From Candidatus Bathyarchaeota archaeon (lineage in GTDB: Archaea; Thermoproteota; Bathyarchaeia; Bathyarchaeales; Bathycorpusculaceae), in NCBI GenBank assembly GCA_963768425.1, contig CAVYHV010000006.1:96001-160000 (forward strand): a DNA stretch of 64,000 nucleotides, written 5' to 3'. A program made the position numbers and the translations under genes. Positions 19,707 through 29,431 of this stretch are shown here, piece by piece; the stretch's first letter is position 1, and every line of letters begins with the position of its first letter. The notes below the pieces were generated by a model. It saw nothing but the letters and a program-made list of their open reading frames with translations. It did not search any database and was not told the DNA's origin.

Positions 19707-20219
19707 ATGGTGCGACCGCAAGACAGAAAATTCGTTACTGCTGACCCAGAAAAATGCATAGGCTGCTGTGTCTGTGAGTACGCTTGTAGCATGGTCAACG
19801 AGAAAACATTCAACCCAACTAAATCACGCATACGCGCTATGAGAATGGGGCCTCTAATCAACATGGCAATCACCTGTAGACATTGCGAAGATCCGGCGTG
19901 TGTAGCCGCCTGCCCAAGAGACGCCCTCAGCCAAGAAGATGACTCAGGAATAATTCGTGTAGACGAGAACGCATGTAACGGCTGTGGATGGTGCATCAGT
20001 GCATGCCAATTCGGCGCCATGAACATGCATCCAGATAAGAAAATCGTCTTCACATGCAACAGCTGCACAGACAACGACACAAAAGAGCCCCAATGCGTCA
20101 AATGGTGCCCTGAAGAAGCATTAACCTATGTAACAGCCGAAACATTAGCGCAGAAATACCGCCAGAAAGCAGTCAAAAACCTGTTCCAAGCGGCAGAAGC
20201 GGAAGCCAAATCCAAGTAA
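19707..20219 (+). CDS. 4Fe-4S dicluster protein (AOR electron-transfer subunit)
   Basis: Four CxxCxxC...CP-type cluster motifs; starts right after the aor stop. Confidence 0.87.
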   Translation: MVRPQDRKFVTADPEKCIGCCVCEYACSMVNEKTFNPTKSRIRAMRMGPLINMAITCRHCEDPACVAACPRDALSQEDDSGIIRVDENACNGCGWCISACQFGAMNMHPDKKIVFTCNSCTDNDTKEPQCVKWCPEEALTYVTAETLAQKYRQKAVKNLFQAAEAEAKSK

Positions 20220-20304
20220 AACCAATCTAAAGACTTTTTAACTTCTTTATTTATTTTCGCTCGAACCCCTGTTTGCTTTTTCAACCTTTTCAAAAACTTT
20301 TTGC

Positions 20305-22252
20305 TCAAGTTCTTGGGTACTGCGACCCATTTGGAGTCTCCACTTTTTGTTTCGGTTTGCCACTTGTTAGTACGATTGCGATGACAACTGCCCCGATTAC
20401 GAGTGCTACTAATATTGCAATGACCAGCCCTTCAAAAAATATTAAAGATGGCAGGGTAAAAAACGGGTTTAGAATCGAGTATATTGGTCCATAGTTAGCT
20501 CCGAAGACAGTTCCAGAGTCAGCCCAAACCCACACTGTCACTGATTCTAATCCTCCCGGGTACGTATGGTCTAGGGGAACTACAACGTTCCAATACGGGT
20601 ACAGGGCGGATGAGGTTCTGTCTGCCGTTGCCAAGGTTGCCGACGTTTCCGAGTCATTTACGTTGAGATTTGTGATTGTGGCTTTGGTTCCGTTCCCAAA
20701 AACATAGGAATAACTTACGCTTTTCATAACGTAGTTTTCAGCGGTTTTGATTGCCTGCTCTTTTGGAATGAAGATAGTGGTGTCGCCGATGCCGTAAATC
20801 GCGCGGCTATCAGAGAACGATAAGCTGTAACCGTTGTTCTCCAGACTCAGGGTTATGCCCGTGTAGTCTGCTCCGTTATAAGTATAGTGCCAATCAAAGA
20901 GTGTGTAGTGCCCGAGCATATTTGTTATTTTAAGGTCAAGGTTGCCCAAGACTTCAGTGGCGTTGTTTGATGAACCCGCCGTTTCTAAAAGGGCAACCAT
21001 TTTTCCAACTTCAGAATCATTTGTCCAAGCCTGATAATTCTGCATAATACTCAAGGCTGCATCATAATCGGTTGGGAACAGTGAGGCATTAAGAAGTTTA
21101 CCGTTGCCATTGTATACGTCGCAGTTTGCCACGCTGCGTTGCTAATTTGGAAATCCACGGTCGCGCTGACTTTGGAACTGTGAAGCTGGTAGAATAGGTT
21201 TTCTGTCTGGTAGCCTGCGTCGGAAGGCTCCTGGTAATCCTGCTGCAAGGTGACTTCGTAGTTGTTTAAGTTAACCTGAAGGACATTTTTCAAGAAAGAC
21301 AAAGCTCCAGTCTGACTGTTCGCAAGCACGGGGGAAAGCGCTGCGGGGACAGGTGGGATTGCAGCTTGGATGTTAAATGGCGTCAGGAGTGGGTATCGGT
21401 CAACATAGTTGTAGAAGGCTTGGAAACTGTTCGGGCTATAATTGGTTATTGTGTATGGGGTGTCGCCTATGCCGTCGCCGTTTGTACTTGTGCCGCTGTA
21501 GCCGCTCCAGTAGTTGCCGCTGGAACCGTTGTCCCACGCAGGAACTGCTGACTGCAGAGGTCTCTGGGGGTAACCTACCGTTTGGTCAACTAGGTTTTGT
21601 TTGTTGTTGACAAAGTTGTTATGGTAGACGGTTTGGCTCCATCCTGTACTATCTAAAATTATTGCGGTTTGGTTGCAGTTTGAAATGTTGTTTTGAACAA
21701 TCACGTTTCCCGAATCGAAAAGATAAAGCCCTACATTGTTATCCGTGATGTCGTTGCCAGCAATGAAGTTGAGCCCGCCGGGTCCAATGCGAATGCCCTC
21801 ACTGTTCCTCACGATTGTGTTCCCCACCATGTCATAGTATTGTGCGTAAATCTTAAAGCCGCTTTGGCAGCCGGTAATTTGGCAGTTTTGGACAGTGTTG
21901 TTGTTGAAAACGCCCAGTACGCCTGCCTGCCAATTCCCGATTTTGAAGTTTTCTACGGTTACGTTGCTACAGGTCAAGTTTAATGCTACGCCACCTCCGT
22001 CGCCTTGAGCATGTAACCTGCTCCGTTGAGGACGATGTTGTCTTTTTCCACAATAATCGGGTTCTCTATGTCGCCTGTAAGAGTGTAGGTTTCTCCAATT
22101 TGGTGAATTGGCGCTGAGGAAGGGGTGACGGTGCCGTTGGGTTTGATGTAAATGATACCTGAAACCGCGGAATGAACGGGCTGCACCGCAATTGCGCACA
22201 AAAGTAAGGCTAACACGAGAACCAAGGTGGCAATCGCTCTATTCATACCCAT
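20305..22252 (-). CDS. NosD/beta-helix surface protein with C-terminal TM, split by two -1 indels (near 22007 and 21137)
   Basis: Signal peptide, I.PNG.V.PS.API, YHNNF.NN, WDNG..GNYW..Y, GDGIGDTPY, DRYPL; three ORFs rejoin by adding one C and one G. Confidence 0.75.
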
Positions 22253-22336
22253 CCAAGTTAGAATCAGCCTGCTTAACTTTTAAGATTTGCGAAAATCTTT
22301 CACCGAAGGTCGAGCCCGCGAGCTTCAATTTTTGCG

Positions 22337-24391
22337 CTAAGCTGCCTTTTCAGATATAGTTCCCTTCGTGTAGGGCACGTATTCTCTGATTTGTTCAATT
22401 GAGGTTTTTCCTGATTTTTCTCGCTGCTCCTTAGGCAACTTAAGCATCAGTGACCTAAGAATCCGCTGCAAAAGCTCCTTGCCCATGTAATCACCCGGCA
22501 ACAAAATGACATAAGCTTTGGTCTTTGTTTTCACTGCATCTACTGGTCCACCGACAAAGCTTGTTTCATCATTAAGCGTTATGCCAATAGCGACCTTAAG
22601 GGCCACTCCCCGCATCCAGTTTCGTTTGCCCACCACTGCGAATGCGCCATGTGGAACAGACTCGCCTGAAGGGCCACTCTTGCTGAGCTGGTCAACTTTG
22701 ACCCAGTAAACATCCGCAGAACCTGCGTTTTCACGCCAAGCCCGTGAAAAAGACGCTGCGAACTCGCCAGCTTCACGAAGCGTTTGCTCGGGTATGGTTT
22801 TGCCTTCAGCCTTCACAACTGTGAAGGGTGCTCCTGAAATTTCAGCGTGAAACACAACGTCCTCTTGAGTGGTATATTTTTTTATAAGTACCTCGTTGCT
22901 GACTGTGTCCTTGCCTGCAACCACCAAGAACCCATCGGAAGAGGTGAACCAACGGAATTTCTCGTACCACTCCTTATTTTCTCTCTCCAATTTACGTTTG
23001 GCAAGCGCTTCCACAATCTCGCCTGGCTTAAGACTCTTAAGCTCCTCAGCTCGGGCAAGCTCCTTTTCAATTTGAGCTAACCGTTTCTTGGACTCCTCCA
23101 GCGCCGATTGCGCACCCTCGGTTTTCTGTTTCGCCTTTTTTCCGCGTTCGTAGTACTCGTTGGCGTTTTCGTAAATCGAGCGACGCAGGCTAATGCTGAA
23201 CTTCAGCCCTTCGATATGCATGTTCAGGGATAGGTTGCGTCCGTCAAAAGATTCAACCCAGGCATAAGGTTCTTTGCCGCCTTTTTTCGCCTCCAAAGCC
23301 TCAGCTATGGTGGCCCAGTCTTTTCCTTCCCTGTTTGCCCTGAGCAGAGTTTCTGTGAATGTTTGGAGTGTGTTCAAGTGGCTGTAGATTGTGTTGCCGA
23401 TGTTTTTGTCGACTTCGGTTTTTTTCTCTTCTTGGCTGATGGATTTTTCTTGGTCAGCGACTACCCGTTTGAGTCGTTCAGCTTCCTGTTTAAGCTTACT
23501 AACTTCAACGCTGGCAACCGCTTTTTCAGCAGCAATTACTTGGAGGAAAAACTCATCCGCCGCCTCGTTAAACGTTTTATAATCTTGAGTTTTGAATCCT
23601 TCATAACGTTTGAGTTTCAAGGGAACTACATCAAGAAAGCTTCCGTTTTGGTCAAGAACTATGTTGGGCTCCAAATTATCCTCCGCTAATTTAGAAAGCA
23701 AGCCTTGGAGCCCATCAAAAATACCTTTGGCTTCGTCAAATGTTAAATTTTTGCAAGGTTTGGATTTCTCCACTCCCGCCCTAAGGAGCATCTCTTCCGC
23801 GTATACTCCTCCTATGCCCAGAAAACGTGACATCGCCCTCACCACTTCAGTTTCGCCTGCTTTCTCCAAACCTTCCTGCAGTTCGGGGATGGTAAGTTTG
23901 AAGGGGTTTTTGCCGCTTGGAGGTGGCAACATCAAAGTTTCGTTTCGCAAAATATTTCGATCTCGCATCCGCTTGAAGAACAATGCCTGCATAATCTGGT
24001 TTTTCTCGCTTGTGAGGATTATGTTGCCTTCCCCGAAAAGCTCTGCAACCAAACTGAGCAAACCATCCTTGGTTCTGAAGGTCACCGTTACAATTCTCTC
24101 AAACTCGTACTGATCAATGCCGACAAGCCAAGCACTGCGCAAGTACTTTCTTAACGACATACAGAACTCGGGCGGCGTAGCAGGGCTTTCTGGCGCGTAG
24201 ACGGTTGAGTGTAGCCTTCTGCCCGCTTCCAAAATAAGCTTAATGGGCGGCGCATCAGTCTTGTGAAGCTTGAAAACCAGGGTCTTCTCGTCAAGCTGAT
24301 AGATGTTGTTCACTCTGGAATCGGTTATTGCCAGCTTTAGTTCTTTGACGGCGGCTGCAATGTCGAAGCTTGTGAATTCTTTCTTGCGCAT
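22337..24391 (-). CDS. rqcH: Ribosome rescue protein RqcH/Rqc2 (NFACT family)
   Basis: F.M.LRKYL, ELFGEGNIIL, ENANEYY, WYEKFRWF, AGKD..SNE, FHAE motifs. Confidence 0.9.
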   Translation of the reverse strand: MRKKEFTSFDIAAAVKELKLAITDSRVNNIYQLDEKTLVFKLHKTDAPPIKLILEAGRRLHSTVYAPESPATPPEFCMSLRKYLRSAWLVGIDQYEFERIVTVTFRTKDGLLSLVAELFGEGNIILTSEKNQIMQALFFKRMRDRNILRNETLMLPPPSGKNPFKLTIPELQEGLEKAGETEVVRAMSRFLGIGGVYAEEMLLRAGVEKSKPCKNLTFDEAKGIFDGLQGLLSKLAEDNLEPNIVLDQNGSFLDVVPLKLKRYEGFKTQDYKTFNEAADEFFLQVIAAEKAVASVEVSKLKQEAERLKRVVADQEKSISQEEKKTEVDKNIGNTIYSHLNTLQTFTETLLRANREGKDWATIAEALEAKKGGKEPYAWVESFDGRNLSLNMHIEGLKFSISLRRSIYENANEYYERGKKAKQKTEGAQSALEESKKRLAQIEKELARAEELKSLKPGEIVEALAKRKLERENKEWYEKFRWFTSSDGFLVVAGKDTVSNEVLIKKYTTQEDVVFHAEISGAPFTVVKAEGKTIPEQTLREAGEFAASFSRAWRENAGSADVYWVKVDQLSKSGPSGESVPHGAFAVVGKRNWMRGVALKVAIGITLNDETSFVGGPVDAVKTKTKAYVILLPGDYMGKELLQRILRSLMLKLPKEQREKSGKTSIEQIREYVPYTKGTISEKAA

Positions 24392-24653
24392 GTTAAACCA
24401 TCAAGGGCGGTTTTTAGTAATTAACCTATTTGTATCGCATTAGCGGGAATTCATTAAACTAGTCGTTTTCGAGGCAGAAATTTGGTCATAGAAGACATGC
24501 CTAGTGGCAGAGCCGACAAAGCAAGAAGAATAATGCAGAAAATGGATCCCGATTTCCAACTACTGCGCAAATTCCCTTTTTTCCCTCTCAAACCAACTAG
24601 CTTTTTGTTATGGTTGGAAATGCGAACTCTTCTGCCAGTTGCAGCCAGAAAGC

Positions 24654-24794
24654 TTAAGCTTTTCTTCTTTTCTTTGGTTCTTTAATGAAGCCTTCCCCAA
24701 CTATCTGTTCAACGATGCAAACGATGTCTAAATCTAATAAGTCGATAGTAATTGGGAGCTCATTGCAGATTTCAAGCTTTTGTTTACTTTTCAT
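24654..24794 (-). CDS. Small ORF, 46 aa (MKSKQKLEICNELPITIDLLDLDIVCIVEQIVGEGFIKEPKKRRKA)
   Basis: Manual translation; below the ORF-track cutoff. Confidence 0.35.
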   Translation of the reverse strand: MKSKQKLEICNELPITIDLLDLDIVCIVEQIVGEGFIKEPKKRRKA

Positions 24795-24987
24795 TTTGAG
24801 TCAAAAGCAGTTTGACTTAACTCATAAAAAGATTTTATGAATGCGGGATTAAGTTTTTCAGCCGTACACTGCTTTCTTAGATAGAAAACAAGTTGATATC
24901 CAAAAAAAGAGACTTTATGGAGAAAGAAAAACCTCTACCTTGAAGCTTCTATTTCCCTGGCTTAATCCTTTATGTTTTTACCGCCAA

Positions 24988-25215
24988 TCAGGGATTTCTT
25001 TTTCTCCATCTATAGATGCTATAGAAAATTAAGACAATTAGAATAGCTATGACAAAATATATTTGATTGGTTTCTGAGTTTGTTGTCACACTAGCTTGTG
25101 CATGGGCAAAGGGAACTAGGAATAACGGTATAGGAAACAAGCCAATTAGTATTGGATAAAGAAACTTTTTGTCAGAATAATTGGATTTGTTTGATATTGA
25201 TAGTCTATATTTAGG
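24988..25215 (-). CDS. Small signal-peptide plus C-terminal TM protein (start not resolved)
   Basis: Open frame ...KKFLYPILIGLFPIPLFLVPFAHA|QASVTTNSETNQIYFVIAILIVLIFYSIYRWRKRNP*; no in-frame ATG/GTG/TTG ahead of the signal peptide. Confidence 0.4.
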   Translation of the reverse strand, partial: PKYRLSISNKSNYSDKKFLYPILIGLFPIPLFLVPFAHAQASVTTNSETNQIYFVIAILIVLIFYSIYRWRKRNP

Positions 25216-25602
25216 TTATTCAATTTTAAGACTTTTTGACACCGTAAATAACCATAAAACCACCGATGCCAGCAACTATTGAGCCGCATCCATTTTACGC
25301 AACGATTATCCTATTCTACGCTTTGTGGCTTTAAGTTTTTGCAATGATTTCATCTCGCCTACTTCTGTCACATGGTCTGGTTAAGTCAAACATGATTAGT
25401 GTTCTTCCATGGGTGATGTTTGAGTTAATGTTTGTCTTATCGGGGACGCTACAATCTCCTTATAGTTAAAGGGATGTGTACTCTTGGGGCGAGACATATT
25501 GGAAAGCAAAGTAACTTGGATAAGTGATAAGCACAGGCACCCAGAAAGATACAAAGAAGAAAACGAAACTTACCCGCAAGTATCTCTACGCAGGTGAATA
25601 CA

Positions 25603-25941
25603 ATGGACTTCTGCCCAAAATGCGGATCGATACTTCAAACAGCAAAAAAGGCCTCTTTCACACTTAGATGCCCAAAATGTAAATACCAAAAACCAATGGA
25701 ACTTAAAGAATCAAACAAAAAAATTAGTCTACATCTTGGCAAAGTAGCTGAAATCGCGGTCATAGACCAACGCAAAGAGGCACAACTTAGACAGCTTCCG
25801 ACAATTCGTTTGGTGTGTGAAACATGCGGAAACACCGAAAGCGAAACTTGGAACGTTGAGGCGGCAGATGAGACTATCCATTCAACAATTACATTCTTCA
25901 GATGCACAAAATGTAAAACCACCCGAAGAGAATCTGGATAA
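25603..25941 (+). CDS. Transcription factor S / RpoM-like double Zn-ribbon protein (divergent paralog)
   Basis: MDFCPKCGS..CPKC, LPT...C.TCGN, FFRCTKC; canonical QTRSADE replaced by VEAADE. Confidence 0.8.
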   Translation: MDFCPKCGSILQTAKKASFTLRCPKCKYQKPMELKESNKKISLHLGKVAEIAVIDQRKEAQLRQLPTIRLVCETCGNTESETWNVEAADETIHSTITFFRCTKCKTTRRESG

Positions 25942-26083
25942 CCCAATAACGCACTTGTCAGATACAACTGATTGAATAAAAATAGGGAAATGCCGGCGAC
26001 ATCTCCTCGACTTAGAGGGTTTGAATCGCATCCCCTTTATTAATACAAGCCAAAACTATTTGGAGCGTCTAAAGGTCTGCGAG

Positions 26084-26380
26084 TTATGGGATATACTCTT
26101 CGACAAGTTTCTCTGCTTGTTCTTCAGACAGATAGTCGGACAAATACATTTTGATGAGTTCTCTAAGAACATTCCTTCGTAGTTCCTTGTTCTTTTCATT
26201 ATTTGAAGCATCATTAATGGAACTGTACCGACTATTAATCGCGCTATTCGGGTTGTTGATGTCGTAATTTGGATTGTTGATGTCGCTCTTCGGATTATTT
26301 AGATTGTTATCAGGATCGTTCTCTTGAGTTTGCAAATCTTTGACAATACGCTTAAACAGTTCACCAATAGTTACAGGCAT
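26084..26380 (-). CDS. Hypothetical protein with Asn-rich 7-aa repeats
   Basis: LNNPKSD INNPNYD INNPNSA INSRYSS IND repeats. Confidence 0.6.
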   Translation of the reverse strand: MPVTIGELFKRIVKDLQTQENDPDNNLNNPKSDINNPNYDINNPNSAINSRYSSINDASNNEKNKELRRNVLRELIKMYLSDYLSEEQAEKLVEEYIP

Positions 26381-26585
26381 AAAAACACTCCATGTAGACT
26401 ACTTATTTCTAAACAAATCGGCCTTATTAGACTCATGTTTTTTCCTTCAAATAAAAAAGCTTTTTTGTTAAAATCAAGAGATAATCAAAAAAGGGGAACG
26501 CGAGTGAAGTCTTCACCGAATGGAGCGTTCAAGTCCCACTCCGGCACCATTATGTTAAAGAATATCTGCTTGGGTTAGAATTACA

Positions 26586-26795
26586 ATGGAGTTTGTGCAT
26601 TTGAAGGGTGAATTTGAAAAACAAGTCAAAAAGCTTTGCCTTGATCCTAACGCGGAGAAGGAACTAATCGATATGATAAACAAAGCTACAAGCGAAGACC
26701 AATGCATGTGCTGCGAATCCAAAGAAGGTTGTGAGAATTTCAAGTGGCACAAAAAATGGCTCAACACCAACAATTGCAATTGCTGCCCCCCATAA
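26586..26795 (+). CDS. Small Cys-rich protein
   Basis: CMCC...C..FKWHKKWL..CNCC. Confidence 0.55.
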   Translation: MEFVHLKGEFEKQVKKLCLDPNAEKELIDMINKATSEDQCMCCESKEGCENFKWHKKWLNTNNCNCCPP

Positions 26796-26890
26796 GCCAG
26801 ACCGTTTATTCTTAGGATTTACTCTAATCGTGACTTCTTCTGAAAATTACTCGTTAGCAGAGCAGATTGTTTCGTGAAAGTAACTGTTGC

Positions 26891-27328
26891 TTAGCTATGA
26901 TTAGTTTTGCGGTCTGATGTGTACGGTTTAGCTATTTTTGCTTTCACTTCTGGCTTTGGTTCGCAGAAAATCTGTGTGGTGATACCTCTTTGATCAGTTT
27001 GGTAAGCACAGAGAAAAAGTCCGAACGCAGAAGAACAAACTTCAAAGTGTTTCATTCCTACCACTGCAGCCATCTTTACTAGCTTTTGGTTGCAATAAAC
27101 ACAGTGGTTGGGTTTAACTTTTGGAAGATGTGCTTTGGATCCGTTTGAAGGACCGCAGTAGATTTCGGTTCCGTTGGTAATGAAGTTGGACCAAAGTGAT
27201 TGGTAAAGGCTGGGGCACATACGATAATTGCCATAAGATTGAAGATTAAGGATGTGAACAAACTGTTTCCCGCATTTCCTGCAATTTTCCGCAAACATTT
27301 CTGAATCCTCGGTTATTATGGTTTCCAA
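26891..27328 (-). CDS. Hypothetical Cys-rich (Zn-ribbon-like) protein
   Basis: CRKC and CVYC pairs. Confidence 0.45.
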   Translation of the reverse strand: METIITEDSEMFAENCRKCGKQFVHILNLQSYGNYRMCPSLYQSLWSNFITNGTEIYCGPSNGSKAHLPKVKPNHCVYCNQKLVKMAAVVGMKHFEVCSSAFGLFLCAYQTDQRGITTQIFCEPKPEVKAKIAKPYTSDRKTNHS

Positions 27329-27478
27329 TCAAGCACCCGTGCAATCAAAGGCTATTTAAAACTTAGCAGACCTCAGCCATTGTGAACAAAGAACTATGCT
27401 GAACAATTTAACTAAATATATAACGAATACCTTATTAAAGTAAGGATAAAATATACTTTGCCAAGGATTACATAAGAC

Positions 27479-27769
27479 ATGACGCCTGTTGTTCAACTTT
27501 ACTGGATTCGAGTCTCGTTGGGAGTAGTTGCCGGGGCCATAAGCGCGGTTCTAGCTTTATACCTGCCCTTAAATGACCTTAGCAGCCTAATCGACAGCTT
27601 CACAGTAGCCCTTCTTATCTATCTGGTATCCTACTATCCGCTTAAGGCAATATACTCAAAAAAGATAGAAAAACAATCAAAAATATTGAGCACAGCCGTG
27701 ATAATGTACTTCTTCGCCTGGCTGCCATTCTTCGTCCTGTTCTTTACGCTGTTCAAAATCTACGCTTAA
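27479..27769 (+). CDS. Small 3-TM membrane protein, EMC6/Rab5ip-like
   Basis: YWIR..LG..AG TM1, Y...YY TM2, YFFAW....LF.TL TM3 pattern. Confidence 0.55.
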   Translation: MTPVVQLYWIRVSLGVVAGAISAVLALYLPLNDLSSLIDSFTVALLIYLVSYYPLKAIYSKKIEKQSKILSTAVIMYFFAWLPFFVLFFTLFKIYA

Positions 27770-27785
27770 TTTTATTGCTAAAGAA

Positions 27786-28241
27786 TTATTCTTGGTTTTT
27801 CTGGAAAAAATTCGCGATTGTGGCTTGGCTCTTGTCGCTTCGTAATGTTTCTATTTTTTCTGGTTCGCTTGGTTTTGCGTTTCCGTTCGGCGGTGCGATG
27901 TCCATTCGGGTTAGGATTCGCATGCAGTCTGCCCATGCCGAAAAGTATCCGCGGTCAAAGTCTCCGTGTAAGCCGTTGCCCATATGTTCTAGGAACTCTT
28001 TTCTGTAATTGTGCAGGGCTACTTTGTCGCTTAAATCAATCTTTGAAAAAAATGCGTAGTCGTCAGTGGCGCTGTTTTTTCGCGCTAGGTAGATACCGTA
28101 AAGTGCCCGGAAATATCCTCTGTTCCAATCTGTTTTCTGCATTTTCTGTTTTACTCGTTCCAACTCGCGTTCGGCTTCGGTGAATTGCCTGCTAATTATG
28201 AGTTGGAAGTACCTTGTTACAAGGGCTTGTGAAATCGGCAT
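27786..28241 (-). CDS. Hypothetical protein in the radA operon
   Basis: Starts 3 nt after the radA stop; repeated RGYF motif. Confidence 0.65.
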   Translation of the reverse strand: MPISQALVTRYFQLIISRQFTEAERELERVKQKMQKTDWNRGYFRALYGIYLARKNSATDDYAFFSKIDLSDKVALHNYRKEFLEHMGNGLHGDFDRGYFSAWADCMRILTRMDIAPPNGNAKPSEPEKIETLRSDKSQATIANFFQKNQE

Positions 28242-28244
28242 GTT

Positions 28245-29305
28245 TTAGCGTCCGCGACTTTTAGTAGCTTTCTCCTCTTCAGAGACATCTTCTATTCCGT
28301 TTTCGGTTACTTTAAGTATTTCCTCTCCTTCCGGCAAATATGGGCTTGAAACCAGCCTTGCAATCCGTATTGGACCATGTGATGCTTTTCGAAGGTAGAG
28401 CCTTGTGTGGCTTGTATGGCCCACGATGTTTCCGCCTATGGGGTGAATTGCGTCGCCGAAGAACTGGTCTGGCTTCGCCATTACCTGGTTAGTTACAACT
28501 GCAACAGCGTTGAATGCCCGGGCTAAACCGATTAGCTTATGCATATGCTTGTTCAGCTTCTGCTGTCTTGAAGCCAACATTTCTCTTCCAAGATATTCGC
28601 TTCGGAAATGCGCTGTTAAAGAGTCTACTATGATTAGTTTGATGTTGTTTTGCTTGATTATTTCATCGGCGTTTTCGAGAAGGAACATCTGATGGTCTGA
28701 AGTGTAGGCTTCAGCGTAAATTATGTTCTTAACCACTGTGTCAGGGTCTAAACCTAAAAAGTTGGACATTTGTACGATACGTTCAAGCCTGAACGTATTT
28801 TCCGTGTCAACATATAATGCTGCGCCATTTAGTCCACCTCTCTCCGGAGGCAACTGGACGTTAACGCAGAGTTGATGGCAGATTTGGCTTTTCCCGCTGC
28901 CGTATTCGCCGTAAAACTCCGATATCGTCTGAGTTTCTAATCCGCCGTCAAGCACTTTGTCTAAGGCTTTGCTCCCTGTGGTCAAACGCAAGACGTTTTT
29001 TCGCATTTTGAAAAGTTCGTCTGCGCGGATGAATGAGACACCTAGGGATGAGCGTGCTGCTTGTATGATTTGGGCAGCTTTTTTCTCGCTTACCCCACAG
29101 GCTCAAGTTCTCGCGATGTAGCCATGGCTAAGGATTCCACTTGGTGATATCCGAGTTCACGGAGCTTTTGCGCGGTCGCTGGTCCGACTCCTGGGAGGTC
29201 TTCTATAAACTCATATTTTGGCTTGGACGGTTCAGTCTGCTTTTCTGAGGTTTCCTCTTGTGCTTCGTCTTCCTGGTTTTGGTCGTCTTCATTTTCATCC
29301 TTCAT
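28245..29305 (-). CDS. radA: DNA repair and recombination protein RadA, split by a -1 indel in a G run at 29093-29096
   Basis: Hh[19 protein letters not shown] polymerisation motif, Walker [30 protein letters not shown]; adding one G gives [14 protein letters not shown]. Confidence 0.93.
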
Positions 29306-29431
29306 TGTATTCACACGTTGCAACATGATGTAATGTTTGGGTATTTAAAATAACCGAAGAACAAGACATATTGCAGAGTGGAGAGGTGACTGAAAGTAAA
29401 CTTTCATCTTTTGGCCGCTTAGTCAAGAAAC

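Noticed and set aside
25985-26040. tRNA fragment or att site (GGGTTTGAATC)
   Set aside because: The T-arm stem does not pair properly, there is no cloverleaf and no integrase nearby.
28245-29305. radA as a pseudogene, or a separate radB plus small ORF
   Set aside because: One added G in a G4 run restores a full RadA with HhH domain and FxxA motif, with no other lesions and no intein.
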